From NCBI RefSeq assembly GCF_018350175.1, contig NC_058369.1, positions 13,642,001 to 13,702,000 on the forward strand: 60,000 bases of DNA, in the 5' to 3' direction. A model generated the notes under the pieces. The model was not told the origin of the DNA. It searched no databases and saw only the letters and a program-made list of their open reading frames with translations. Within the stretch, counting starts at the first letter, position 1; every line of letters starts with the position of its first letter. This document shows positions 1-12,057 of this stretch, piece after piece. The stretch comes from Felis catus. Lineage: Eukaryota. The position numbers were made by a program, and so were the translations under genes.

Positions 1-289
1 GGATTAGAATGACAAGCCAAGCCTTGTTTGCCAATGTTAAAAAGGCTGATTACGGTAAACAGCAGAAACTGCGGTACCATGAACTGTCTCGGCATCAGCA
101 TGGTGGTGAAAATAGGAAGAAAATCACAGGCTGGTACACTCCTTTCTGATTTTCCTCGACTTCTGTACTTGGCAGTTTCTTCTTTGGCCCAACTGGCAAA
201 CGCCTGTTCATCCTTGAAAACTCTGCTTGGGTGACCCCGTGTGGCAGACTGCAGTCACTGCAGTTGTTGTCGGCCCTTTTAACATAGGG

Positions 290-1090
290 ATGGCCAGTCA
301 GAATAGAAGGCTCCATCCCCCTGGCCCATCATGATTGGTTAAAGGAGGAGCATGTGACCAGCCAAGGTTCATTGGGATCTCCCTTGGGAGGGACGCTGAG
401 GCTGGCCAAGAGAGCTTTCCATGGAGGTTGTTGAAAGTGACATAGTTTAAGACTAGGATTGGTTTTCTGGACGATGCTTTCTCTGCATGGTGAATCCAAC
501 CTCCACAAGAGCTACCATGTGGGGAAGGAGGCATGGTGTGAGCCCCTGGATCCAGCTGTACCTGAAGCCATGAAGTGTGACTTTCCACTGAGCCCAAAAT
601 GTTGTCCTTTATTGCTTAATTTTCTTGGAGTTTGGAGTCGGTCCCCGGCAGTTGGCATAAGGTGCACTAATGTATAGGTGCTCTGCGAACATTTCCGTGA
701 TAGCCCCCCAAATCTAATCGTCCCTTCTCTTACACTTTGAACTTAAGTAGCTGGCACTGATTCACTACCTGTTCTGTGTCACATTGTCATTGCTTGCTTG
801 CCCACTTAAGCCTTTCTCAACTCTGACTTGTAGGCCCCTGTTTACCGCTGTCAGCCAAGTTCCTGCTGTTCATCAAGGACACGTGACCCAGGCTCAACGA
901 ATCAGAAGGCTCCCCTGGGATGGTTCTGAACCGGCAGAACCGGAGCGGGAGTCAAGTACAGACCTCCCCATCTCGACTTCAGAATCTTGGCCGTATTTAA
1001 TCCTGGATCCAGCTGTATGTACCTGATGCTTCATAAATCCTCCTCTTTCCTTATCTCTTGAACCAATAATGCTATTTTTTTTTCCCAGTC
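290..1090 (+). mobile_element. Old ERVL-type LTR fragments (LTR16/LTR33-like)
   Basis: Two copies of catgtgacc / cctggatccagctgta..cctga motifs typical of these families. Confidence 0.45.
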
Positions 1091-1852
1091 TACTTTAAAT
1101 TGTGTTTAAATTTAAACACCTGGGTGTCTTTGTTGAGTGGTGGACTCTTGATTGCAGCTCCGGTCATGATCCCAGGGTGGGAATCTAGCCCCAAGTTGGG
1201 CTCTGTGCTGAGAGTGGAGCCTACTTGGGATCGTCTCTCTCTCTTTCTCTCTCTCTCTCTCTCCCCCCCCTGCACCCCACCCCTCAAATAAAAATAAAAT
1301 AATTATAAGCTGTGTTCCTGACAGCAGAAACCTAAAGAGTAAAGGTCAAGGTGCCTGTCAAATTAACAAAAACACTCTACCCTACACTAAAAAAGGGGCG
1401 GGGGGTTGAAGAATTGTAAGACCCCATGCTGTCAAAGTGGTGGTGAAAACTGGTACACATATATTTCCTTTCGAGTGGGGAAAACATTGGCATTGTTGGC
1501 CAATTATGTCTCAAAATCCACAGACGTGTCACGTCCTTCAGTAAGCCATTTCTGAAATTTTATACCAAGGAGATCTTGCAAAGGAAGGGAACCACTCTAT
1601 GCCAAGGCCTTGCAGCAACGTTGCCAATTGTAAACTAACAGAATGAACATCAAGGTCTAACAGCAGTGGACTGGTTGCATAAACTACGGTTCACCCACTA
1701 GACAGAATATTTTCCATTCATTAAAAATTATATGTAACCTCACCATCATCACCAAGGGTGGGCTGAGCTCCATGACTCACTTTCAAAGAACAGAGCAGAG
1801 AAAGGGGAAAATAGTGACTTGACGGTGGAGACATGTGACAGTTGCCACACAC

Positions 1853-2285
1853 AGTGGGGTGAATGGCAGGCCACTAAAGACACGTCCAAGTCCTGACTCC
1901 AGAACCTGGGAATGTGACCTTATTTGGAAAAAGAGGCTTCCCACATTTAATCAAGTTAAGGGTATTGAGATGAGATTGTCAGGGGTTTAGGGTGGAGCCA
2001 AAACCCAGTGACTGATGTCCTTCTAAGAGAAAGGCAGAGGGAGATTTGAGACACAGAGAAAACAGAGGCAGAGTTTGGGGTGATGCAACCATAGGTCGAG
2101 GAATCCCCAGGAGCTGGAAGATCCAATGAAGGATCTTCCCTTAGAGTCTCCAGAGGGAAGATGGCCCTAGGGACACCTTGATTTTGTGCTTCTGGCCTCC
2201 TGAACCTTGAGGGAAGAGATTTGCGTTGTTTTAAGCCACCGAATTTGTGGTCATTTGTTATGGCAGCCACAGGAGACCCAGATGA
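1853..2285 (+). mobile_element. MaLR LTR (MLT1-like)
   Basis: aatgtgaccttatttggaaa ... ttaagccacc..tttgtggtcatttgttatggcagcc hallmarks; similar elements at ~26270-26610(-), 28350-28770(-), 30960-31290(-), 40110-40495(-) and 53100-53945(+). Confidence 0.75.
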
Positions 2286-2819
2286 CACCACTATGAGAAA
2301 TTGTGTGGATGTTAGGGATCCCTGCTACGATGAGATGAAAGGGGCGTCTCACTTCTCCGGTCTCCCCCAAACACCCACAGCCCCGTTCTAATCACAGCAA
2401 GAACATCAAACAGACCCAGATAGAGGGTACCCCACAGGACACGGGCCAGTCTTCCTCAAGACTGCTCAGGTCATGAACAACAAGGAAAGACACATATCCC
2501 ATTCTATTAAGGAAAAAAAAAAAAAAAAGGATTCCCCCTTATTCTGTGTGACCACATTGTCATCCACGCTAATACATGGAAACAATTCTTTACAAACGAA
2601 ACTTGGTTTTTCAACAACTCTGAGAAATTAGGTGAGGTACTGAGTCCATTACATCGTATCGATGTCAATTTCTGGTTTGGCAATAGTTTAGTAAGATGGA
2701 CCACTTTACTGGGTCAAGCTGAGTGAAGGGTCCATGGGAATGCTATTTTTGCAACTTTATATTAGCCTTCAGCTGCTTCAAAAAGAGAAGTTATAGAAGC
2801 TGAGTGACCAAAAGACTCG

Positions 2820-3510
2820 AGAGTAGCCTGTCGAAGAGATACTTGTATACCCGTGTTCATAGCTGCTGTCTTCGTGACGGCCAAAAGGTGGGAGCAGCCC
2901 AAGTGTTCACGAAGGGATGAATGGAGAAACAAAATGCGGCGTATTCATACAATGGGGTATTATCAGCCTTAAACAGGAAGGAAGTCTGACACACGCCACG
3001 GTCACGTCACGGAGGAACTTTGAGGACACTGTGCTAACTGAAATAAGCCAGTCACAAAAAGACAAAGGCTGTATGATTGTATTTATATGAGGTCCCTAAA
3101 GCAGTCATATTCATAGAGACAGAAAGTAGAATGGTGAGTGCCAGGGGCTGGGGGAGGAGGATGGGGAGTTAGTGTTTCATAGGGACAGAATTTCAGTTTT
3201 ACAAGATAAAAAGTGTTCTAAGGATCACTCGCAAGAAAGGGTGAATGTACTTTTTAATTTTTTATTTTTTTTAATGATTATTTTTTTGGAGGGGGGGGAG
3301 AGTCAGAGAGAGAGGGAGAGAGAGAGAAAACCCAAGCAGGCTCTGCTCTGTCAGCGCAGAGCCCAAGGAGGGTCTCGAATCCACAAACTGCGCCTGAGAT
3401 CATGACCTGAGCCAGACTCAAGAGTCAAACGCTTAACCGACTGAGCCACCCTGGCGCCCCTGAACGTACTTTTAACACTACTGAACTGTACACTTAAAAA
3501 TGGTAAAATT
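2820..3510 (+). mobile_element. Old L1 3' end (L1MB-like) interrupted by SINEs
   Basis: ggatgaatgg..aacaaaatg, aaataagccagtcacaaaaagacaaa and actgaactgtacacttaaaaatgg motifs; similar minus-strand fragments at ~5190-6270, 16270-17040 and 18290-19370. Confidence 0.75.
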
Positions 3511-3748
3511 TAGGGGCGCCAGGGTGGCTCAGTCGATTAAGCGTCCAACTTCGACTCAGGTTGTGATCTCACGGTTGGTGAGCTCGAGCCCCACATCGGG
3601 CTCTGTGCTAACAGCTCAGGGCCTGGAACCTTCCTTGGATTCTGTGTCTCCCTCTCTCTCTGTCCCTCCCCTGCTCACGCTCTGCCTCTCAAAAAGTGAA
3701 TAAATGTTAAAAATTTTTTTAAGTGGTAAAATTTATGTTAGGTGTAAT

Positions 3749-3786
<38 letters not shown>

Positions 3787-3850
3787 CCCCAAAACTCTAG
3801 TGGCATTTTTTTAAAAGGAAAAGTGTCCGTGTTGGACTTATTTTGGAGTA

Positions 3851-4540
3851 CAGGTATACCCAACTTTTCAAAAGTTCACGTTATGCCACTTGCTTTTATG
3901 AAATACCTACTCCTTAGTACCCATTTGCCGTAACCGAAAGAAATGGGAAGGTTTAGCGACTGTTCCGCAGCGAGTCCTTATAGAGGCGGTGTGCATCCTG
4001 GGCAGCAGCAGTGGAAGCCCCAAGCTCCTTCTCCGAGAACGACACTCAGCGTCACAACGTCAAGCCACCAGAGCACCCGCCTGTGGCTGTGAGCGTCTGT
4101 GTCTTATTTTGATTGGTTGGTTGGCCGATCGATCGACTGAGTCATTCATTCCCTTGACAAGATGCGTCCTGGGGCACCTGTGAGGCTCAGACACTTAAGC
4201 CTCCGGCTTCGGCTCAGGTCATGATCTCACAGTTTGTGGGTTCGAGCCCTGTGTCGGGCTCCGTGCGGACAGCGTGGAGCCTGCTTGGGATTCTCTCTCC
4301 GGTGTCCCTCCCCTCCTTGTGCACAGGATCTCTATTTCTCTCTCTGAAAATTTAAATACACATTAAAACAAACACACAAACAAGATGTGTCCTAAGGTAT
4401 CAGAAAAGCCAAAGAGGTTATTTTGGGGGGTCTGGGAATGCTAAAAAAATTTTCCATATTAATTTACATGCTTCTTTGCCATTTCTGCTTACTAAAGGTT
4501 TCACAGAAACACTCTACTTTCAGATAACAGCAGAAACCTG
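3851..4540. mobile_element. TcMar/Tigger-like DNA transposon with a nested SINE (4171-4380)
   Basis: Flanked by TA on both sides; termini CAGGT...ACCTG (degenerate TIRs); SINE TSD acaagatg(c/t)gtcct. Confidence 0.55.
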
Positions 4541-5810
4541 TAGGTGATGTGTGTTGGGGGTGCAAGAGCTGTTGGCGATGTTCCCCCTCTACTCCCACTT
4601 TCACACACCACCCCCATCCCGGTTCTCTCCCCAAGAGGCCCTAGCATCAATTTCTTGTTTTTCCCTCCTGAGATAGTTTCTGCATTTGCAAACACATTTG
4701 TGTTTCTCTTTCTTTCTTGAACATTTGCTTTTTATTCCAGATTCTTCTACGCTGGATTTCTTTCCTCTTGTTTTTAAATATTTTATTAATTTGTTTGTTT
4801 TTATTTCAAAAATCTTTAATGTTTACTTATTATTATTTATTTATTTATTTTTATTTATTTATTTTTTTTGAGAGAGAGAGAGAGACAGAGTGAGAGCAGG
4901 GGAGGGGCAGAGGGAGAGGGAAACACAGAGTCCGAAGCAGGTTCCAGGCTCTGAGCTGTCAGCACAGAGCCCCATGCGGGGCTTGAACTCATGAACCGAG
5001 AGACCATGACCTGAGCCAAAGTCAGATGCCTAACTGACTGAGCCACCCAGGTGACCCTGTTTATTTTTAAAGTAGACGCTACACTGGACTTGAGGCTCAA
5101 ACTTACCACCCAGAGATCAAGAGTTTCATGCTTTACTGACTGAGCCAGCCAGGTGCCCCTCATCTTTTCTTTTTTTCTTTTCTTTCTCTTTGTGATAAAA
5201 TGCACATAACATAAAGCCCCTTAAACCATTTTAAAGTGTACAATTCATTGGCACTAAATACATTCACCGTGTTGTACAACCAACACCTCTATCTACTTCC
5301 AGAACATTTCATCACCCCAAAATGAAACACCATCCCTTCTAGCAATCACTCCCTCTCCCCCCTCCCCCAGCCCCTGCAACCATTCATTTGCTTTCTGTTG
5401 TCTATGGACTTGCCTGTTCTGGACATTTCTTATTCATTCATTCATTCGTTCATTCATTCATTCATTCATTTGTTCATTTACTTTTGAACATTCGTTCATT
5501 CATTTACTTTTATTTTTATTTATTTTTAAAAAAATTTTTTAATGTTTATTTATTTTTGAGACAGAGAGAGACAGAGCATGAACGGGGGAGGGTCAGAGAG
5601 AGAGAGGGAGACACAGATTCTGAAACAGGCTCCAGGCTCTGAGCTGTCAGTCCAGAGCCTGACGTGGGGCTTGAACTCACGAACCGCAAGATCATGACCT
5701 GAGCCGAAGTCGGACGCTTAACTGACTGAGCCACCCAGGCGCCCCTCATTCATTTACTTTTAAAGTTTTCATTTATTTTCAGAGAGAGCATGAGCAGGGG
5801 AGGGAGAGAG

Positions 5811-5870
<60 letters not shown>

Positions 5871-7599
5871 TGACAGCAGGCTCCACACCGTCAGCACAGA
5901 GCTGTTCTGGGTATTCCTTATAAGTGGAATCATACCCTCCGTGGCCTTTTGTAACCGGCTTCCCTCACCAGGCACGATGTTTTCAAGATTCATCCATGCC
6001 TGGATCAGAACTTCATTCCTTTTTATGGCTGAGTAATACTCCATTGCATGGATGGGCCAATTTTGTTTCCCTGTTCAGCCATTGATGAATTGATGGACAT
6101 TTGTTTGTACAGACCTTCGGGCAATTGAATAACGCTGTCATGAACAATCACGCACAAGTATTTGTTTGAACACCTATTTTCAATTATTTTGAGTCTATAC
6201 CTAGGAGTGGAATTGCTGGTCCTATGACCGCTAGGCTTAACTTTTTGAGGAACTGCCAAGCTTTTCCACAGCAGCGCTTTAGGGCTTGGCTTTCCAATGT
6301 AATTATCTTGCCCCCCCCCCCGCTTTTTTTTTTTTTTTTAAGGAGCCCTCCATTTCTCCCTGCCTCTTCATCTATCCCCTGGTGTTGCTGGGCCTTTCTT
6401 CCACTCGCTCTCAGCAGTACTGTGTGACTCAGTTTCTCCCCATCAGCGCTGACTCTGGATGTTATACAGGTGTCCTTCCTTTTGTACATTGGGACGAGGG
6501 CAAGTGATGTGGCTTCCCTCCCTTCACAACCCTGGCTTCTAGCAACATGTGCAGACACTTCTGACAATGTTTGAGTTATGAAACGTGATCGTGGGGAGAT
6601 TTTTGTTCTGTTCTCTTCTCCCACTTGGCTTGGCTCTTGTTCGCATGGCTGGTGCAAGCCGGCTCTCAGATTTTCTGAATTCTACCTGAAGCTGCCAGAG
6701 ACCAAAATAGCCACCGAGTATGTGACCTCTGGTCTGAGCTTGCAAATCAGGGCTCCAGGCCAGTCCGAGGAGCTCTGCCCTGGGTATTCTGAGGCTGGGG
6801 CCAGAAGCAGATGGCCTTTGAGTCAGCACCCAAGCTAATCCGGTGCCAAGGCTGCTTGGAATGAGATGTCAGCGACCCGAGTCCAAGGTCTAGCCCTGTT
6901 TTCTGATGATGGGGCCAGAAACTCAGCTTTCTCTCTCTGGCAGTTTTTGGAGAAATCCTGGTCTCTGATGATCATTAGTGGGCCACCTACAGTATGCCAG
7001 GCACATACTGGGTGCAGGGACATGGCTGTAATGGAGGCAAGCTCCTGACCTGGAAGTTCTAATCCCTGTGTCAGAAGAAATGGGAAATAAATCAGAAAAG
7101 TAGAGTCTATCATGGACTGTGGACGAAGAGCAAGCAAGGAAAGGAGACAGACCTACTCACAGAGGGTGAGGGGCCGGGTAGGGGATTCTCAGCCAGGGAG
7201 GGCAAAGAGAACACCCAAGAGGAGGTGAGGTGCAGCTGACTCCTGAAGGAAGAGAAGCAACTAGGTTCGCAGATACCGCAGGGCATGTTCCAGGCAGCAG
7301 GAACAGGAAGTGCAAAGGCCCTGGGGTGGGACTCTGCTAGGCCCTTGGAGGGCTGTTGGGGCTAGAAGTGGGGTAAGTGTTGGGGAGATGGAGAGAGGGG
7401 AAGCCTAGGTCTGCGGAGCCACATCACCTTCTTTCTTTGCAACATAGGAGCCTGCAGAGGACCTCTGGGCGCCGCCGCACTGTGGTGCTGGGCTTTCGCT
7501 TTATTTCGTCCCCCTCTCAACCTCCTGGCCCGCAGGCTGCTTCTGGGACTCCAGGAGGCTCTAGTCGAGTGGCCTTAGGATCCATGCTTCAGTTTCCTC

Positions 7600-8330
7600 C
7601 TCTGTAAAACGCAGCGACTAACGGAGCCTTACCGGCAGGTGGCGGGGAGGGGGGCCAGATAATTCACAGCAGTGAGCGGACCGCGGCGCTCAGTGAGTTC
7701 AAGCAGCCACGCCGCACAGGACGAACTGTCCCCATCACTCAGGTGGAGACACTGAGGCTGGGGAAGGCGGGGAGTTGGGCGCTCCGGGGGTGAGTGTTCG
7801 GCTCTGGGCGCGCACGCAGCGTCTGGCACCCGGGGGCGCGCACGCCGAGCGGCCCGGCCGGGGGCGGGGCCGGGGCCGGGGGCGGGGCCGGGGGCGGGGC
7901 GGCGCGGGATCCGGGCCGCGGGGGCAGCGGCGGCTGCGGGACTCGCCAGTCCCGACGGGAGCGGGTCCGAGGCGCAGCCTGAGCCCGTCATGGAGCAGCC
8001 CAGGAAGGCGGTGGTGGTGACCGGTACGCTGATGGCGGCCGCGGTGACAGCGGCCGCGGGCAGGGGCGGGTCGGGCGGCTCCAGAGCCGGCGGGGTCGGG
8101 AGGGGCGCGGTGGCCGGGCGGGGCAGGTGCTAGAAGTCGTCTTAGGTTTGGAAGATGTCATCGCCCAGCTCAGTCCGCGCAACACGTAGAAAGTGAAGAA
8201 GGAGCGCCCCTATGTTCCCACTGTCAGGGGTCGGGGCAGGCAAGGGCGTGGGGGTCCGGTCAAGTGCCCAGCGCGGAGCAGGCCCCTCGGACGTCCTTCC
8301 TTCCCCAGGTGAGGACAGTGGCTCTCTGGG
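7600..8330 (+). promoter_or_regulatory. CpG-island promoter of PGPEP1 with three Sp/KLF GC boxes
   Basis: Very GC- and CpG-rich; GGGGCGGGGC at 7861-7870, 7879-7888 and 7891-7900; duplicated GGGCGCGCACGC at 7806-7817 and 7834-7845; no TATA box seen. Confidence 0.9.
7990..8023 (+). CDS. PGPEP1: PGPEP1 coding exon 1 (MEQPRKAVVVT + first base of Gly12)
   Basis: ATG at 7990 (cccgtcATGg) in a CpG island; translation matches the recalled N-terminus of mammalian pyroglutamyl-peptidase I; donor G|gtacgc at 8024, phase 1. Confidence 0.97.
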
Positions 8331-10004
8331 CACCTGTCTTCTGTCTGCCCGGCTGGTGGGCAGGACTGGACTTATCCCTGCCCCTCCCGAGGTCAGGCCT
8401 GTCCCCACCCACGGCCCCAGGGGACAAAGGCCAATTTGCGGGCAGGAAGTGCCCCAGTGACAAATGAACCTCCTGGCAGCCAGTGCTCCCCCAGCCCTGC
8501 GCTAAGAGGGGGCTGCTCTCCTGAGGCAAGAGCAGGTGGAGGTCGGGGGACCTCGAGCGGGTAGCCGCTCTCCCTGTTGTCGCCAGGACCGGCTCAGTCA
8601 AAAATCCGCCCCGGGCTGTTTATGGGTGAGTCCCTCCCCGCTGTCACCAACTCCCTGAAACTAACTGTTCCTCCTCGAGGAGACTCCGCCTCAGGGCCAC
8701 GTGGGCGTCAACTTCCGCCGGGCCTCTGGCTGGGGGGTCATTTTGACCCTCTGTCTGGAGGGGTCAGAGTAGGAGATCCCGCTAAGGTTCACGCAAGTGG
8801 TTTGTGGACCCGGGAGGGTGAGGCTGGGCCTGGAATTCTCAGGAAGATAGAAGAAGGCACTCACTCAACAGATGTGTGTAATTGGGGCGACGGTCACTGC
8901 CCCCCCCCCCCCCCCCCCCCGCGCAGCCCTCCTGTATCTGGTTATTTGTTCCTCTAGTGTCCACTATGCAGGGAGCCACCGGAGTGGACTTTTTCCTTGC
9001 ATGAGTTCACGATATGTTCACCATCTCCATTTGGCAAAGGGGAAACAGGCTCACAGAGGTCACCCTGTTTGTAGGTGGCTGAGCTGAGACTCATACTTAG
9101 TCTATGAAGGAGGAGAGAGGGGGTAGAGAAATCCTGCCCCCACTGGGGGGGGGGGAGCCTGCTGTTCCAGGACACAGCATCCCTTCCCGGGGGGGGGGGG
9201 TTGTCACCACCTGGGACCCTCAGTCTTCTTGGGGGTGTTCATTTTTAGGCAGGGTGACAGGGTGATCAGAGTAGAAGAGCTGTGGACTCTCATGAATCTG
9301 GTTTAAAATCCCAGCTCTTCTGCCTTCTGGCTGTGTGACCTTAGGCAGCTGTTTTCACCTCTCTGTGCCTTAGTCTCCCTCCTGTAAAAGGGGCCCAGGA
9401 AGCAGCCTTGGCCGAAAGGGGGATGCGGTGAGGCCGAATGCCACAGTGCGTGCAGAGCACTTAGCACATCCTCAGGTGGACTTTCTTGGTTTAAGTGGGG
9501 CTGGAGTTTGAGCAAGTGGACAGGAGGGTGGCAGGGTGGTGTCCCGTCAGCCTGTCCTGGGAGACACCCACATGCATCCCTTAAGGGCTGTTCCTTACTT
9601 TGTGGTGGTTCACGGAGCCCAGAGGCTCTGCACAAAGACGGCGAGAAAATAATTGTAGAAGGGGGTCGGGGATAGTGGAGGAAATCGTGAGGAGAACAGG
9701 CCAGCCCTTTCTGGGGCAAAAGGAGGCCACTGGCCCCTTGCTGGGCACAAAAGTCAGGTGACGGTGAAGACAAGAAAGGACAGTTAAAAGCGGTTAAGAG
9801 CAGAGAAAGGAGGGGGTGCTCTGAAGGCCCCTGGGTGCACCCAAGAACACAGGACCAGGCCCCCTGACATTGTCCCACGTGGCAGGTGTTCTCGAAGATC
9901 CCTGTTCCCCCAGGGGGGGCAGCAGCCTGACCTTGGGCAGGCTAGAAAAGATCACTGGGTGGTGATATGCTGACTTTCCTGTTTTTGTTTTGTTTTTTTT
10001 GCAG

Positions 10005-10057
10005 GGTTTGGCCCTTTTGGGGAACACACTGTGAATGCCAGCTGGATTGCAGTCCAG
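10005..10057 (+). CDS. PGPEP1: PGPEP1 coding exon 2 (GFGPFGEHTVNASWIAVQ)
   Basis: Long T-rich tract plus cag acceptor (10003-10004); 53 nt; completes the C15-family TGFGPF...N.SW motif; donor CAG|gtaact at 10058. Confidence 0.97.
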
Positions 10058-12023
10058 GTAACTCAGATCCGGAGGGTAGGAATCGGGCTTGGGGCTGGGG
10101 TCCCCCTGGAGATATATGGCACCAAAGAAGGGAAGGAATCTATGAAGAGAACGTCTCCCTTGAAGCTTCCTGCAAAACATTTATTCCCGATACACTCTTC
10201 TTTCCACATGGGAACCACTGTCACTTGCACCTGTCGGCTTGCTCTGCACTGAACACTCTGAATTTCCCCCACAACCCCTTGCACAGTTGGGGGCACTTAT
10301 TCGTGTGCCCACTTTACTGATGAGGCAACTGAGGCCCAGAGAGAGTTATCTGAGGTCACACAGTGAGGAAACTAGAAAGGCATTGCCTCAAAGGTGCCCC
10401 ATGCCCCAACCAGGTTTGGGGGTGACCAGGCAGGGATGTTGGGGGGGATGTATTAACCTTGTTGAGAGGATATAATGACCTTCACTGTTGCCTCCCAGCA
10501 GCTGGGGGAGGAGAAGGCTGCATATTGGGGGGCGGGGTGCCTTTCCCACTATCCTGAACAGGTTGTTAGCCTGCAAGCCTTCCAGTTTCTTTGTCAGATG
10601 GGGCATTTGGAGAGACAGACGGGAACAATGGGGAGAGAGAAAGAGAGAAACGTTTTCGCCTTATATAAATCAGATCTGCAGAGACCGGAGCCAAACTCAT
10701 GTTAATCCTAGCCCATTAGCTGCTTGATTTAAAGCATCTCCTGCTTTTCACTCCAGAGCCCTGACTTTGGAGAAAAATCCAAGTTAAAACCTCAACGCGT
10801 CAACCCCTAGTTGGGGGCCCCCCCACCTCTCATGCCACCCCTCATATAGACCTCAAAATCGTGGCGACTTTCCTTTTTAAAAAAATGTGCACCCCACCTT
10901 CTGAGCGGGACAGAGGGACGGGGTCCCCGGGACCCTGCAGATGGAAGCGTGTCCGGGGCTCTGTCCATTGCACCCGCTCCCTGGAGCCCCAGACAAAAAG
11001 GAAACAGCGTGTTTCTGAGGACGTTGTGTGTCTGGCTTTGTGCGAGTTTCAGACAGGAGCCTTCACGGGGCTGAGTGGACACAAAGCCGTGTGTCTGAAT
11101 TCCTGGGCCCCAGACACTATGATCTGCATCTAAATAGGAGAAAAATCAATTAAACAATCTTTGGAAATCCCTCCGGGCTTTGGGATGTGGATGGTGGGGG
11201 ACGGCCGCTTTTCATCCCGCTGCCCGAGGGGAAATACTCCCTGATATTTTGGTTGCCCAACTTGCCAGACGTGGCCTCTGGAAGACTTTGAGTTTTCTTC
11301 CTCAAGCTTAGGAAACAAGAAGAGAGGCTTCTCCACCATTCCCTGGATAAAAAGATGCCAGCCTTCCCAGATCTGAGCGTTTCCCTTAAAACAAAACCCA
11401 AACAAACACAAAATTGTAGTTGCTCGTACATACTTTGCGTGAACGCGTCGGCGTAGCTCCACGAAATTTTCCGCACGTGCACCTTCGCGTCACCCGCGTC
11501 CGGATCAAGATCTAGAACATTCCTAGCCCCCTTCTCTTCGCAGAAGAGCCTTGTGCCCCTTCCTAGCTATTTCCCCCCAGGCGTAAACCTCTCTGTTGAC
11601 TCCCCCCCAACTCCCCCGCCCCCGCCGCCGCCGTGGGTGACACCTGTTCTAGAACTCAGGCATCAATGCAGTTGCTCTCGGGTCGGGTACCTTCTGCACA
11701 GCACAGTGTCTGCGGGTTCCTTCTGTGGGGTGGCTGGGAGCTCCCCTTGGTGTGTTTTAATTGACCTGGGTAAAACGGATTTGCCCGTGCAGAGGGTGTC
11801 CCGTTGGGTGGGTGGAGTCCATCCCTCAAGAAAATGTGCCTCGGCATGTTCTTGCTGTGATCCAGACCTGAGTTCTGAGTCAGTCCCCTCAAGCTGAAGA
11901 TGGGAATTTTGTTCCCCGGGCTGAGCAGCAGTTAACTTCCGGTCCCTACTGACTTTTCAGAAGCCCAAGCTGTCATCTGTAGAAAGAACCCCTCCTCTCC
12001 CAGGGACCAGCTAACTTCTCTTG

Positions 12024-12057
<34 letters not shown>

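Noticed and set aside
3513..3600. tRNA-like A/B boxes at SINE heads
   Set aside because: tRNA-derived SINE promoters, not tRNA genes; no rRNA or CRISPR features in this window
7281..7300. GGGCATGTTC p53 half-site upstream of PGPEP1
   Set aside because: Single half-site inside an L2 fragment; the adjacent decamer does not fit
1..7600. Search for LSM4, the upstream neighbour in human
   Set aside because: No Sm-domain coding exon recognised; presumably outside the window
7629..8601. Pro/Gly/Arg-rich ORFs on both strands at the promoter
   Set aside because: Expected by-product of CpG-island composition
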